A stretch of 48,128 bases of DNA, from positions 1 to 48,128 of the forward strand of contig JALGPX010000102.1 in the NCBI GenBank assembly GCA_023515795.1. Reading direction: 5' to 3'. Made by a program: the position numbers and the translations under genes. A model generated the notes under the pieces. It made no database searches. It worked only from the letters and a program-made list of their open reading frames with translations, and was not told where the DNA came from. This document shows positions 28,856 through 39,422 of this stretch, piece after piece (the stretch's first letter is position 1; each line of letters starts with the position of its first letter). This DNA comes from Amoeboaphelidium occidentale. Its lineage: Eukaryota.

Positions 28856-30883
28856 CTAAGTCTGCTTAAACCTTATCAGCTTACAGTAGATTAGGAGCAT
28901 GAGGAATATCAGGATAATGCAGCGTCTCCATTTACGATCTGTTCTTCTTGGTTTGATGCTCATGCAGCGGGGAAAAGTCGAACAAGAAGAAGCAGTTTCA
29001 TTGGGTTTGAATAAGTACGTAGTTGGAGCCAGTATGCGACCGGCAGCATCTACTGGAGTAATCTTCAACGTATAGCTCACATCAAAGTGACTAGGAAGAC
29101 TATCGCAACGGAACACATTGCACAAAGATAATCCAACAAAGCCAAAATTTTCTTCGCTGATTACAACATGATCAATCGGTAGTCCATCTTGTGTTTCATG
29201 GTCCCAGTGCAAAGTAAATAACAACTTTTTCTCGTGAACCACCAAGTCAGAACATCTTACATTTGTAATTTTTACTCGACTAACGCTTGAACTTTGTGGA
29301 ACTAAAGAGATGCAGCCAATAACGCCTCCTAAACTATTTGAAGTAAAATCAGACTTTGAATCCACATCAATGTAAACACCAATCTCTTTCAAAACCATGC
29401 AGTCTCCTTTTAAATTTAATTCAGCTGAGTTCCAGTCATTATTTGTGAATGCATCACAAAACAAAGTTGTGTCATCCTTTTTATCTGAAAAAGAGATGTA
29501 CACTCCAATTTCACATGAAACACTTTTCCCAACTGCCTTTAGAATCATTTGATCTTGCATCTTTTCGTTACAGAATTTAAACAAAGGAACATAATGTCTT
29601 CCCATTGGAGCATTCAAAGATTGTATCTTCTTTTTAATCTTCAGCCCGCTTCCTCCATTGTAAACACATTCTTCTTCATCAGTAATCTTCCACTCAAACA
29701 TGATATCAGAATCAACGATGTGTTGTGGCTGCTGATTCTGTAGCCCTATATGGAACCATAATGATCTTTTCAGTAGAGAGCCACTAGTTTTCAGAACCTT
29801 TCCAAATCCACGATTGAAATCAGAGTAAAAGAATCCTGGAAAGTATGCATAGGAAGGAATGTATTTGCAAATGCCCTCTTGTGGATTGCCTGAACCTATT
29901 CCTGTCCACAATCTCAAATCTCTCTTTTCATATGCCCCTTTACTGTGACCCTCATATGTCCAAGCCGGCGCAAAGACAGCAACGCCAAGATTACTTTTAT
30001 CAGTAGAATTATTCTCGATTTCCTGTAGAGCTAAATGAGTATTAAAACCACCACCTCCTAGCTGACTGCTTCTACCCCAAACGTCAATGCCGACCCAAAC
30101 TGGTCCTTTATCATCTGAAGCGTGTTTCAGAGATGTTTTTAATTCCATAGATCTCCATCCATAGTTAAGAAAAATGCCATCAGTAGCAGCATTATAGAAA
30201 TCTACATTCAGCACATTCAATGCATTCTGCCATAGTATCTTGTTATCATTTGTCAACGCATCATACCACATAACTCCCTTTCCAAGATCAGACATAACTG
30301 AGCTGAACTTCCGGATCCATTCAAGGAATAACGGAACAGAAGAAGCATCTGTAAATGGCGTTTCGATGTTCAGCAACCATCCGTCAATTTTGTAAGCAAC
30401 GCTGAGCTCTGCCAAACGAGTTATCCAAACATCACCACGATCTGTTCCGGAAACCAATTTGTCATTGTCAAGCATACCATCTTCTCCTTCCGTTATAAAA
30501 GTGCCATAAATTTTACATCCTTGTCGATGTGCAGCCTGAATCCAAGCAGGTGAAGGTATTGTCACACGATGATGCGAGAAGTAAACGAAGATATCTGTCA
30601 TAGCAAAGTAATTGAAAGTGTAACATGGATAAATATCTTCAGAAACATGTTCGAAATTGCCCTGTACGTAATGATCACCTTCTTTAACGTTATACCCTCC
30701 CATCATATCATGGCAAACCAGGAGTTTCGTTTTACGCTTTGAGCAATGCTGTTTTAAAGATGGGCTAGGCAACAGAGTCATCAGAAATGGATCCTTCTCT
30801 TTAAATTTATCCCGAAACTCATCCAACGAACCGTAAGCGTAAGCCCTGGGTGCTCTTTCTTTCAGTCGCTGCGACAAACTCAT
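28856..30883 (-). CDS. ENGASE: Endo-beta-N-acetylglucosaminidase, GH85
   Basis: LLVCHDMMGGY, FVYFSHHRVTIP, GTFITE, DGWLLNIE, WYDA, GIFLNYGW, GIDVWGR, FAPAWTYE. Confidence 0.93.
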   Translation of the reverse strand: MSLSQRLKERAPRAYAYGSLDEFRDKFKEKDPFLMTLLPSPSLKQHCSKRKTKLLVCHDMMGGYNVKEGDHYVQGNFEHVSEDIYPCYTFNYFAMTDIFVYFSHHRVTIPSPAWIQAAHRQGCKIYGTFITEGEDGMLDNDKLVSGTDRGDVWITRLAELSVAYKIDGWLLNIETPFTDASSVPLFLEWIRKFSSVMSDLGKGVMWYDALTNDNKILWQNALNVLNVDFYNAATDGIFLNYGWRSMELKTSLKHASDDKGPVWVGIDVWGRSSQLGGGGFNTHLALQEIENNSTDKSNLGVAVFAPAWTYEGHSKGAYEKRDLRLWTGIGSGNPQEGICKYIPSYAYFPGFFYSDFNRGFGKVLKTSGSLLKRSLWFHIGLQNQQPQHIVDSDIMFEWKITDEEECVYNGGSGLKIKKKIQSLNAPMGRHYVPLFKFCNEKMQDQMILKAVGKSVSCEIGVYISFSDKKDDTTLFCDAFTNNDWNSAELNLKGDCMVLKEIGVYIDVDSKSDFTSNSLGGVIGCISLVPQSSSVSRVKITNVRCSDLVVHEKKLLFTLHWDHETQDGLPIDHVVISEENFGFVGLSLCNVFRCDSLPSHFDVSYTLKITPVDAAGRILAPTTYLFKPNETASSCSTFPRCMSIKPRRTDRKWRRCIILIFLMLLIYCKLIRFKQT

Positions 30884-30895
30884 TGTTACTCAAAA

Positions 30896-33271
30896 ATGTT
30901 GTCGCCGCCGGATAACTTTATCGCTTCAGTCTCCGGAATCCTTCAGAATTGGTGTGACGATGAAATTTACGATTACGTGAAACATTACATGCAGAGAACT
31001 AAGGAAGCTGAAATGGAGTCCTTCTTGGATTTTATTCTGCCGCTGCTCGTTCCTAATGACTTGCTCCAAGATGATCACGATTCCATCGAACAGGAGGAAA
31101 TTGAGCGCGTAGAGAAGATAAGAAGCTTATGCATAGAATACTATGAGAAGAACATGGCGCCTGTTTCTCCTATTACTGCTGGTAAACAGTTAAAAAAGCT
31201 TGAGAATGCGATTACTTTGGGTGATCAAGACATGAGCTCTGATGCAACGATTCTCCCAAAGGCAACGGTTGATATTTCACTGTCATCGACTTCTTCCAGA
31301 TTCTTTGTCTCGAGGGTTAACAAGGAAAAGCTAAAGAAAGCAGAAGCACGCCTTGAAAAGAAGAAGAACAAGTCTGGTGCTGCTCAGCAGGAGCAAAAGG
31401 AAGTCGAATTCGTTGAAATTAAAAAGCCTCAAGAGGAAGAAATCGATTTGGATGATATCTTGTACGGTCAGGAGAAAGTTCAGAGGGACATTTTGTTGCG
31501 AGATGTCGATTTATCCTTTGCAGGAAAGTCTATTCTGTCGAATGCCTCTCTTACAATGGCTTACGGTCGCCGGTATGGTTTAATTGGTCTTAACGGTGTT
31601 GGTAAATCTACTTTCTTGCGTGCTTTGGCTCGGAAAGAATTGAAGGGTGTTTCTAAAGGTCTAAGTATTTTACACGTTGAACAAGAAGTGCAAGGCGATG
31701 ATCGTTCCGTAATTCAAACCGTTGTTGACAGCGATATTGTGCGCATTAAATTAATGGAAAGAGAAAAAGAATTAATTGCAGAAGGAAAACAAGATTCTGA
31801 TGAAATTAAGAAGATTTATCAGTACATGGAAGCAAATGATTCTGACAAGGTTGTTTCTAACGCCAGTAAAATATTGTTTGGTTTGGGTTTCAACCAAGAA
31901 GAAATGCAAAGATCCACAAAGTCTTTTAGTGGTGGTTGGAAAATGAGAATTGCTTTGGCGATCGCTTTGTTTAGAAAGCCAGATGTTTTGTTGCTCGACG
32001 AACCTACCAACCACTTGGATATCACTAGTGTAATTTGGCTTCAGGAATACTTAAAAGGACCATTGTTTAAAGGTACTGTCGTCATTGTTTCTCACGATAG
32101 AGAATTTTTGGATGAAATTTGCACAGATGTCATGCACATGTGGAATTCAAGCTCTTCAACTTCAAGTCAACAGCAACAACAACAACATACTGGCGCCTCA
32201 AGTAAGAGCTTTGCGTCGGTAGCTACTTCCTCTGGCGCAGGTGGTACAATTGATCAATACAGAGGAAACTACACTCAGTTCCTTGCTTCAAGACAAGAAA
32301 GAAGAAGAAATGAGCAGAAAGAGTATGAAAGTCAGTTAATGTATCGTCAACATTTACAAGCATTTGTTGACCGCTGGAGATTTGATTCAAAGAGAGCGTC
32401 TCAAGCTCAAAGTAAATTGAAGATCCTGGAAAAGTTACCTCCTTTGAAACCTCTTGACGACGATGGTATTGATGAAGCGTTGAACTTCAAATGGCCTGAT
32501 CCAGTTGATAAGCTTTCACCTCCCATTCTGCAGGCATCTGAACTTGTTTTCAGTTATGGCGATAAGAAGATTCTGGATGGTGTCAATTTTGATGTTCAAT
32601 TAACATCTCGTATTGCTATTGTTGGACCTAATGGTGCTGGTAAAAGTACTTTACTTAAGTTATTGATCGGAGAGCTTCAGCCTGTTAAAGGACAAATATT
32701 CCGAAATGCCAGACTTCGTGTTGCCTTTTTTAGTCAACATCATCTGGATTCATTTGGACCCGATGCATCAATGAATGATACTCCGATAGAATTACTCAGG
32801 AAAAGATATCCAGGATTCTCTGAAGAAGAATACCGTAGAAATTTAGGAAGATTTGGAATTACTGGTACAACAGGTACTCAAATGATAAAGACTTTGTCTG
32901 GTGGACAAAAATCAAGAGTTGTATTTGCTATGATGGCAATGTCCAATCCTCATATTCTTGTACTTGATGAAGTTTCTAATCACTTGGATATCATGACGGT
33001 AGATTCATTAACTAGAGCATTATCTTTGCCATCTCTTGTTCCAGAAGAAAACAAGAAGGATATTGGGTTTAAAGGTGGAGTGGTTGTTGTCAGTCACGAC
33101 ACGAGATTTATTGACAGAGTTTGTAATGAATTATGGGTTTGTGAAGGCGGCAAAGTTTCCAAGTTCATGGCAAAAGAGCAAGTTCTGGGATCCGGAGAAG
33201 ATGGCAGAGTAGCTGGAGTTAGTGGTATTACAGAGTACAAGAAGCGCATCTTGAAAACAATTCAAGCATAA
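30896..33271 (+). CDS. GCN20: ABC-F ATPase Gcn20/ABCF3
   Basis: Two NBDs (GLNGVGKST/FSGGWKMR/LLLDEPTNHLD and GPNGAGKST/LSGGQKSR), N-terminal extension, QYRGNY linker, no TM. Confidence 0.92.
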   Translation: MLSPPDNFIASVSGILQNWCDDEIYDYVKHYMQRTKEAEMESFLDFILPLLVPNDLLQDDHDSIEQEEIERVEKIRSLCIEYYEKNMAPVSPITAGKQLKKLENAITLGDQDMSSDATILPKATVDISLSSTSSRFFVSRVNKEKLKKAEARLEKKKNKSGAAQQEQKEVEFVEIKKPQEEEIDLDDILYGQEKVQRDILLRDVDLSFAGKSILSNASLTMAYGRRYGLIGLNGVGKSTFLRALARKELKGVSKGLSILHVEQEVQGDDRSVIQTVVDSDIVRIKLMEREKELIAEGKQDSDEIKKIYQYMEANDSDKVVSNASKILFGLGFNQEEMQRSTKSFSGGWKMRIALAIALFRKPDVLLLDEPTNHLDITSVIWLQEYLKGPLFKGTVVIVSHDREFLDEICTDVMHMWNSSSSTSSQQQQQQHTGASSKSFASVATSSGAGGTIDQYRGNYTQFLASRQERRRNEQKEYESQLMYRQHLQAFVDRWRFDSKRASQAQSKLKILEKLPPLKPLDDDGIDEALNFKWPDPVDKLSPPILQASELVFSYGDKKILDGVNFDVQLTSRIAIVGPNGAGKSTLLKLLIGELQPVKGQIFRNARLRVAFFSQHHLDSFGPDASMNDTPIELLRKRYPGFSEEEYRRNLGRFGITGTTGTQMIKTLSGGQKSRVVFAMMAMSNPHILVLDEVSNHLDIMTVDSLTRALSLPSLVPEENKKDIGFKGGVVVVSHDTRFIDRVCNELWVCEGGKVSKFMAKEQVLGSGEDGRVAGVSGITEYKKRILKTIQA

Positions 33272-33456
33272 AAGAATTGGAAAGCTTTATTATTTGAACA
33301 TTTTCTCAATATCACTTCTTTGAAACTAAATTGATTACTTCCCGCGCTTAACTTATTTGAAACCGCGATTCGTGAAACCTTCTCAATATAAAAAGAACTG
33401 TTTGAAAATTATGACTAATTAAATAATACAACAGTTCTTTGTGTGTGCACCAATTG

Positions 33457-33672
33457 GAAACATCTGGTTCTTCCAGATCGCATAAGAATATTATCAAAGG
33501 GACGAGTCTTCGCTTTCCGAAAAGCAATCACTCTACAAAATATTCAGTTTCAAAGACAACGGTTATCGCGAACGCTTTGACTGGGAACTGGAAGCATACC
33601 AACTATTGGACAGTAGCGGTGCAAAAATTTCACCTGAGTTTCGTGGTTGACGAAAAAGGGCAGGTTTTGCTT
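33457..33672 (+). pseudogene. Decayed remnant of the Crinkler-type kinase
   Basis: ETSGSSRSHKNIIKGTSLRFP, frameshift, KQSLYKIFSFKDNGYRERFDWELEAYQLLDSSGAKISPEFRG, then jumps to VDEKGQV; colinear with 11712-12273. Confidence 0.88.
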
Positions 33673-35209
33673 CTATTGTGGCAGAAATTTGTATGGATTC
33701 AGTATCCCATTCGGGTCGAAGGTGGTTTTCAAAGATTTCATGACTGATACTAAAGCATCGTTCTTGCTGTAAGAAATGTAATCTCTCTTCATTTGACCTA
33801 GACCATGTTCTGCGCTTATGCTTCCACCAGCTGAATTTGTCCATTCGTATACAAAAGGTTCAATTACATCTGTCACTTCGTCGTCAAACTTCTTTGCGCT
33901 TATGTTTAAATGCAAATTCCCATCTCCCACATGTCCGTAACCAATTACAGAATTAACTTTTGTTCCTAATAGACCTTTCTGTTTTAATCTGTCACGCATC
34001 AAATTTACTATTTCATATAATCTTGGAACAGGAATAGAAATATCATATTTATAAACAGCTCCAGACTTTGAACAAGCTTCTGGTATTCCCTCTCGCACAG
34101 CCCACATGGAAGCAAAACGAGTAGAATCCTGACTTATTACACAATCTGTCGCAATATTCTTATCCATCATGTTCTCCAAGAACGTCAACAGCTTTTCATT
34201 ATCATGTTCTTCATTGCTGCCTGAAGTCTCAATTAAAACATAGAATTTATCGTCTCCTGTGCTTTGATCATCCAAAGGAATCTTGACATGATCCAAATGT
34301 TTTCGAACCAACTTTAAAGATTCATTATCAAAGAATTCAAATGCAGATAATATTTCTGATAATCGCGACTTAGCTGCAACAAATAGTTCTGGTATTTTTT
34401 CAAATGAGTCCAATGAAAGCATCGCTGCAATAGATGACTTTGGCCGAGGAGGCGTTAAAATTGAACAAGCAGTAATAATCCCAAGTGTGCCTTCAGAACC
34501 GATAAACAGCTGTTTCAAATCGTAACCGGTATTATCTTTCCGCAGAGATCTCATATCACTTAACACAGTGCCATCAGCAAGAACAGCTTCTAACCCTAAA
34601 ACAGTACCGTGCAATGATCCATATCGCAATAGACGTAAACCACCAGCATTGGTTGCTAAGTTGCCACCAATATGACAAGAACCTTTAGCACCCAAATCTA
34701 GAGGCATCATAAATCCTTTGTCCATGAGGTAATTGTCCAACTTTTCCAAAACACAACCAGCTTGGCAACTAACAATACCAGAAATACTATCAAACTTTGT
34801 GACTTTGTTCATCAGCTGTGTAGATAGAATAATCTCATCAAATAACGGAACGCCACCACCAACCAGGCCAGTGTTACCACCTTGCGGCACGACAGCCAAA
34901 CGACGATCATTGCAGTACTTTAAAATATTTGAGACTTCCTCTGTACTCCGTGGCCTTAGAACTAACTGGGATTGTCCTTTGTACTTCTTGAGCCAGTCTG
35001 TATTATACATTTCTAAATCCTCCACGGCAGCTCCGGTGCTACGATGAATAACAGAGGAGCGATCCATAAATGTTTGAAAGTACGAAACATCCTTATCAGA
35101 TAGCTAAGAAAGTAAGTTAAATAATCAAGCGATAAAGTACCTTTGAGAATGAGGGGCTTCGTTTAAGTGACACTTTGGTGGCGTAACCTCTGAGCGACGA
35201 TACAATCAT
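33673..35209 (-). CDS. DLD2: D-2-hydroxyglutarate/D-lactate dehydrogenase, FAD-linked
   Basis: PQGGNTGLVGG, PLDLGAKGSCHIGGNLATNAGG, RKDNTGYDLKQLFIGSEGTLG, GHVGDGNLH, SAEHGLG; intron 35104-35140. Confidence 0.94.
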
Positions 35210-35262
35210 GTTCGACTGATGAACAAAAAAACTGCCGTGGATGGTAAAAGCTTTCTCGCTTA

Positions 35263-36303
35263 ATGTTCAGCGCTTATGGATTTTTAGTTGGTCTTTTCAT
35301 AGTATCACAAGTTATACTTTGGTACGGTGTTAAATGGATACTTAAACAGATGGATCCTTTGAGCAAGAAGAAGGAAGAAAGTGCTTTGAAAGCTAAAGCG
35401 TTATTCAGTCGCTTAAACTTGAAAGAATTGGAGCTGAATGAATACGAACAGATTATCGCATCAGAAATTGTACATCCGGCTGATTTAGAAGTTAAGTTCA
35501 CAGATATCGGAGGTTTGGATGATATTCTCGAGTCATTGCAGGAAGCTGTGATATATCCGCTTACTATGCCACACTTGTTTAATCAAGAGAATCCTCTTTT
35601 GGGACCTCCGAAAGGTGTTTTATTGTATGGACCGCCTGGTGTTGGAAAGACAATGATTGCTAAAGCATTGGCGAAAGAGTCTGGTGCCATTTTCATTCAC
35701 TTGCATGTTTCTACACTGACTGAGAAATGGTACGGTGAATCGCAAAAATTAGTCCGTGCAGTGTTCTCGCTTGCGAAGAAGTTACAGCCAACGATTATCT
35801 TTATTGATGAAATCGATTCTTTTCTGAGGGAAAGAGCATCATCTGATCACGAAGTTACTGGTATGATGAAGGCAGAGTTTATGTCATTGTGGGATGGTTT
35901 GGGATCATCGCTATCTGATCGCATTCTTATTCTTGGTGCAACAAACAGATATGCTGATATTGATAAGGCGATTTTGAGAAGAATGCCTAAAAGATTTGCT
36001 ATAAAACTTCCTGATGAACAGCAGAGAACAAAAATACTCACATTACTACTAAAAGGAAGTAGAATTGATCATCCCTCTAAAACTATTGCGAAATTAGCAA
36101 GAGCCACAGGAGGCTATTCTGGAAGTGATTTGAAAGAATTATGCAGAAATGCAGCGATGGTTCCAGTCAGGGAGCATTTCAAAACACTGAAACGATCGTC
36201 TTCAGAGTTAGAGAAGCCGTCTGACGAATTGCGACCTCTTAAATTCAGCGATTTCTTTGAAACAGCCACAAACAGAAACATAAAACACGAAGAAGTCGAA
36301 TAA
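35263..36303 (+). CDS. MSP1: Membrane-anchored AAA+ dislocase Msp1/ATAD1
   Basis: N-terminal TM, LNEYEQIIASEIVHP, GPPGVGKT, EKWYGESQKL, MMKAEFMSLWDGL. Confidence 0.94.
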   Translation: MFSAYGFLVGLFIVSQVILWYGVKWILKQMDPLSKKKEESALKAKALFSRLNLKELELNEYEQIIASEIVHPADLEVKFTDIGGLDDILESLQEAVIYPLTMPHLFNQENPLLGPPKGVLLYGPPGVGKTMIAKALAKESGAIFIHLHVSTLTEKWYGESQKLVRAVFSLAKKLQPTIIFIDEIDSFLRERASSDHEVTGMMKAEFMSLWDGLGSSLSDRILILGATNRYADIDKAILRRMPKRFAIKLPDEQQRTKILTLLLKGSRIDHPSKTIAKLARATGGYSGSDLKELCRNAAMVPVREHFKTLKRSSSELEKPSDELRPLKFSDFFETATNRNIKHEEVE

Positions 36304-36342
36304 AGAAGCATCATAAACATTGAAATTTTATTTCTCGGAATT

Positions 36343-37689
36343 TCACATAATCTTCTCATTCAAACCAAGTTTCTTCAAATGTTCCAAGTGACCTGAGATT
36401 GCTTCAGCATAAGTATCCTTGACTACATATCTGACATTGTGTTCCTTGCAAGCTTCAACAACAATTGGAGCGATTTCCATGTAATAATGTTGGCAAATGT
36501 TAGGGAACAAGTGATGAACAACTTGGTAATTCAAGGCACCAGCAAGATTAGTCCAAAAGTAACTCTTATGAGCATAATCCTGAGCTGTTAGAACCTGTAA
36601 CTCAGCCCAGTCCTTGCTAATTTCTTTCTTTTCATTAGGCTTAGGAAAGTCGACGCCAGTGACAACATGGTTAGCCTGGAAAGTGAAAGCCAACCAGTAA
36701 CTTGCAGTCAAATCAGCAATAAGGAATTGGAACAGAACTGCCTTCCATGTCAAACCACTATACATAATTGGTAGCACAAAACGGTAGAATACAAAGAATG
36801 CTTTTCCTAACCAAAATGCAAGTAAATGCCAAGTTTCAACTGGATTCACACGAATTTGGTCATTCATCTTTTCAACGAACAATAAATTCACATCTTGAAT
36901 TCTAACCTTCATTCCCAATGCGCCATATAGAACAGGAACAAAAATTTCTTGCTTTATATATCTCTTGTGCCATGGCTGAGATTCTTTGATTCTACGGACA
37001 TCACCTTCTGCGGTTACAATATCTGGGTCAGCATTTTCAACATTTGTGTAAGGATGATGTCCTAACTGGTGTTGATAACACCAATTCAAGTATGAACATC
37101 CATTGATAAAATCGTGAGAGGCACCCAAGATACGCCATAGCCAAGGTGAATGTCCAAAAGAGCAGTGAGAGGCATCGTGCAAAGGCAGCAAACCAACTTG
37201 AGCACAAGCAAAACCCAACACAATAGCACTAACAAAAGATAGAACGTAAGAGTCTCTGACAGGTCCATAGTAAAACTGAGCATAGTAGGATAGAGTGACA
37301 GTGGAGTAAACTAAGAAGTAGCGAACAATTTGCATCCAATGGAACTTTGGGTCTTGCTTTGTCTTTTCAAAATAAGAGTCTAGGCGCTTCTTTAAATCCT
37401 GATAAAACTTGCCTCTCTTTGGGTACACAGGAAGCTCATTAGAAATCAATTGTCCAATTTCGTACTTCTTCAAAACCTTCTCAGCAAAGTCGTATCGCTC
37501 ATGATAAGTCTCGAAAACCTGAGTTGCATCTCTTCCTGCAGCCAACAGGACAACATCTTCACCGCCTGGATGTCTTGAAATCCACTCGGTGACATCATAG
37601 ACTTTGCCATAGACAGCAACCCATGCGCTCTTTCTTGTATTGTGCTTGGCTAATTCCTGCCATGTAAAAACTTTCTTTAGTTCGACCAT
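36343..37689 (-). CDS. Front-end fatty acid desaturase (delta-5-like) with cytochrome b5 domain
   Basis: HPGG; His boxes HDASH, HQLGHH, QVVHHLFP. Confidence 0.92.
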   Translation of the reverse strand: MVELKKVFTWQELAKHNTRKSAWVAVYGKVYDVTEWISRHPGGEDVVLLAAGRDATQVFETYHERYDFAEKVLKKYEIGQLISNELPVYPKRGKFYQDLKKRLDSYFEKTKQDPKFHWMQIVRYFLVYSTVTLSYYAQFYYGPVRDSYVLSFVSAIVLGFACAQVGLLPLHDASHCSFGHSPWLWRILGASHDFINGCSYLNWCYQHQLGHHPYTNVENADPDIVTAEGDVRRIKESQPWHKRYIKQEIFVPVLYGALGMKVRIQDVNLLFVEKMNDQIRVNPVETWHLLAFWLGKAFFVFYRFVLPIMYSGLTWKAVLFQFLIADLTASYWLAFTFQANHVVTGVDFPKPNEKKEISKDWAELQVLTAQDYAHKSYFWTNLAGALNYQVVHHLFPNICQHYYMEIAPIVVEACKEHNVRYVVKDTYAEAISGHLEHLKKLGLNEKIM

Positions 37690-37880
37690 TCTATTTCAGG
37701 GGGCTTATGGATATCTGACTTGGCTCAGTTAAATTGTGAGTGCAGTCGCCTCTGAAAATGAAATTGTTTGACGGCTGGAGTCAAATCAAGTCACGCAAAC
37801 TTTTGGCACGAGCAGCTTCAATTCGAAGCATGTTTGGACCAAAATCTTTAAGAACGATTATATTTTTAAGACTTTATTAA

Positions 37881-38393
37881 TTAAAAGAAAAGAATAGCTG
37901 AGACAAAAACAGAAACGAGAGCCAAACCGTATGCAGTAACACGCGTAGCGTCGCTTGAAGCACCACCATTGACACCACCATTTGCCTTGCCCTTGTTAGC
38001 AGGAGAGCCAGAACCATTAGAGCTGACATTGAAAGTGGAGGAGTAGCTGATCTTCTTCTTGCCTGCATCACTAGTAGTTGTGATTCTCAAGAAGTACTCA
38101 TTACCAGTAACCAAATTATCAGGAACAGTCCATTGTTGGAACGAGTTCTTGTCACCAGGCCAGTTGTATGCAATGTTTGTTACAAACACAGCTGCATTTG
38201 AATTACCATACATCAAGTCAATAACAAGCGACTTTGGGACAAAGTTAGCATCACCTTCAGTAGATGGCTGCCAGTCGATCAGAGGCGTGTCGCCATTCTT
38301 CCATTGCACACCAGTGACTGGTTGAGTAATGAAAAACTGAGCGTAACACGTTTGGATAAGAGCAAAGAAAGCTAAAACGATTAAAGATTTCAT
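37881..38393 (-). CDS. GPI-anchored Kre9/Knh1-N-like (Ser/Thr-rich GPI family) protein
   Basis: Signal peptide MKSLIVLAFFALIQTCYA, ITQP...W...IDW...IDLMYG...WTVP...YFLRI...YSSTF, hydrophobic C-terminus. Confidence 0.82.
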   Translation of the reverse strand: MKSLIVLAFFALIQTCYAQFFITQPVTGVQWKNGDTPLIDWQPSTEGDANFVPKSLVIDLMYGNSNAAVFVTNIAYNWPGDKNSFQQWTVPDNLVTGNEYFLRITTTSDAGKKKISYSSTFNVSSNGSGSPANKGKANGGVNGGASSDATRVTAYGLALVSVFVSAILFF

Positions 38394-38683
38394 GGCGAGT
38401 TGAAGTGAAATTTTTGAAAAAAAGGGGAATAGAAAAGTCTGTGAAACGCAAGCTTCATTTATTGGATCCTGATTGGCGGAGCCTAGACTTTGCAAATCAT
38501 CTTACATCACGCAACCAAAAAAGACCAGTGGCGTGATAGAAAATAGAGCCAGAGATGGAATCAGCTGCACTGCTGAGGAATCTGTGTTCGGTGCCATCGG
38601 TGAAGTCTGGGATTGATTAGGGCCTCTTGGGTTAAGTGTAACAACGGTCTTTTGTGGGCTAACTAATACTGATGATGCGCCTG
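38350..38683 (-). repeat. Inverted allelic copy of 43430-43763 (3' half of the interrupted gene and start of the GPI gene)
   Basis: Reverse complement match with a few SNPs (TDSSAV vs TDFSAV). Confidence 0.9.
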
Positions 38684-38860
38684 AGAAGTAATATCGTTTA
38701 TTTGGTACCAAACTGAAAATGATCCTATTTTATCATTATTGTCATAATGATATAATGAAAATGATCATACTTTTTCAGTAACTTTTTGGTACCAAATAAA
38801 ACGGTTGTAAAATATGCCTCGAAAATGTTCAAATAGATCTTAAACACGCCTTGATATTCC
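38684..38860 (+). mobile_element. Terminus of the long-TIR element, joined to its target flank
   Basis: CGCCTG (reverse complement of the TSD) + AGAAGTAATATCGTTTATTTGGTACCAAACTG..., continuing identically to 43765-43917. Confidence 0.85.
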
Positions 38861-38861
38861 N

Positions 38862-38925
38862 CCGGATTTGAACCGGCGACCTCACGATTTGCAATCGTAC
38901 TTTCTAACCCCTGAAATACCAGGAC
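38862..38925 (-). tRNA. tRNA-Cys(GCA), 3' end truncated by the N gap
   Basis: GTCCTGG TA TTTC-AGGGGTTA-GAAA G TACGA-TTGCAAA-TCGTG AGGTC GCCGG-TTCAAAT-CCGG cloverleaf. Confidence 0.88.
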
Positions 38926-39422
38926 TGCAAACTAAACCAGTTGGACACGACGAAGTAAAATTTTGGGACCTTGAAAAGGAAAGTTTGAGCTACAAGTATT
39001 CCACTAAAATCGAAATATCAATGTTGCTATAAAAAGGAATAATAGCGAAGTTTCATGCAAAGGTTCACCTAAATGTGCAGAATAGTTTTTAGTTGATAAA
39101 TTCGCCATAAGTTCTCTGCTAATGAATGATTGTTAAAATTTTGGCTTGTTTCACTTCCAACATTATCTTGGGGTTTCATGGTATTAAGCTTTGAGGGCAT
39201 GGCAACTGAAACTTAAAATGCTTAAAGCAAGAATTACATCATTTATTCCTAAGTGATCATAATCTTGATTAAACCCCCTTTCCACGAGCTGCTGTGTAAA
39301 GCATCGTAAGCTATGCGCCTGATATGGAAAGGTCTGTCCAAACTCGTATGACGAAATGGCGCTTTTCAGAAACATCCTTCGCTTCGCTCGCTCGCAGTCT
39401 GATTTTCACACAGCGACAAGAG

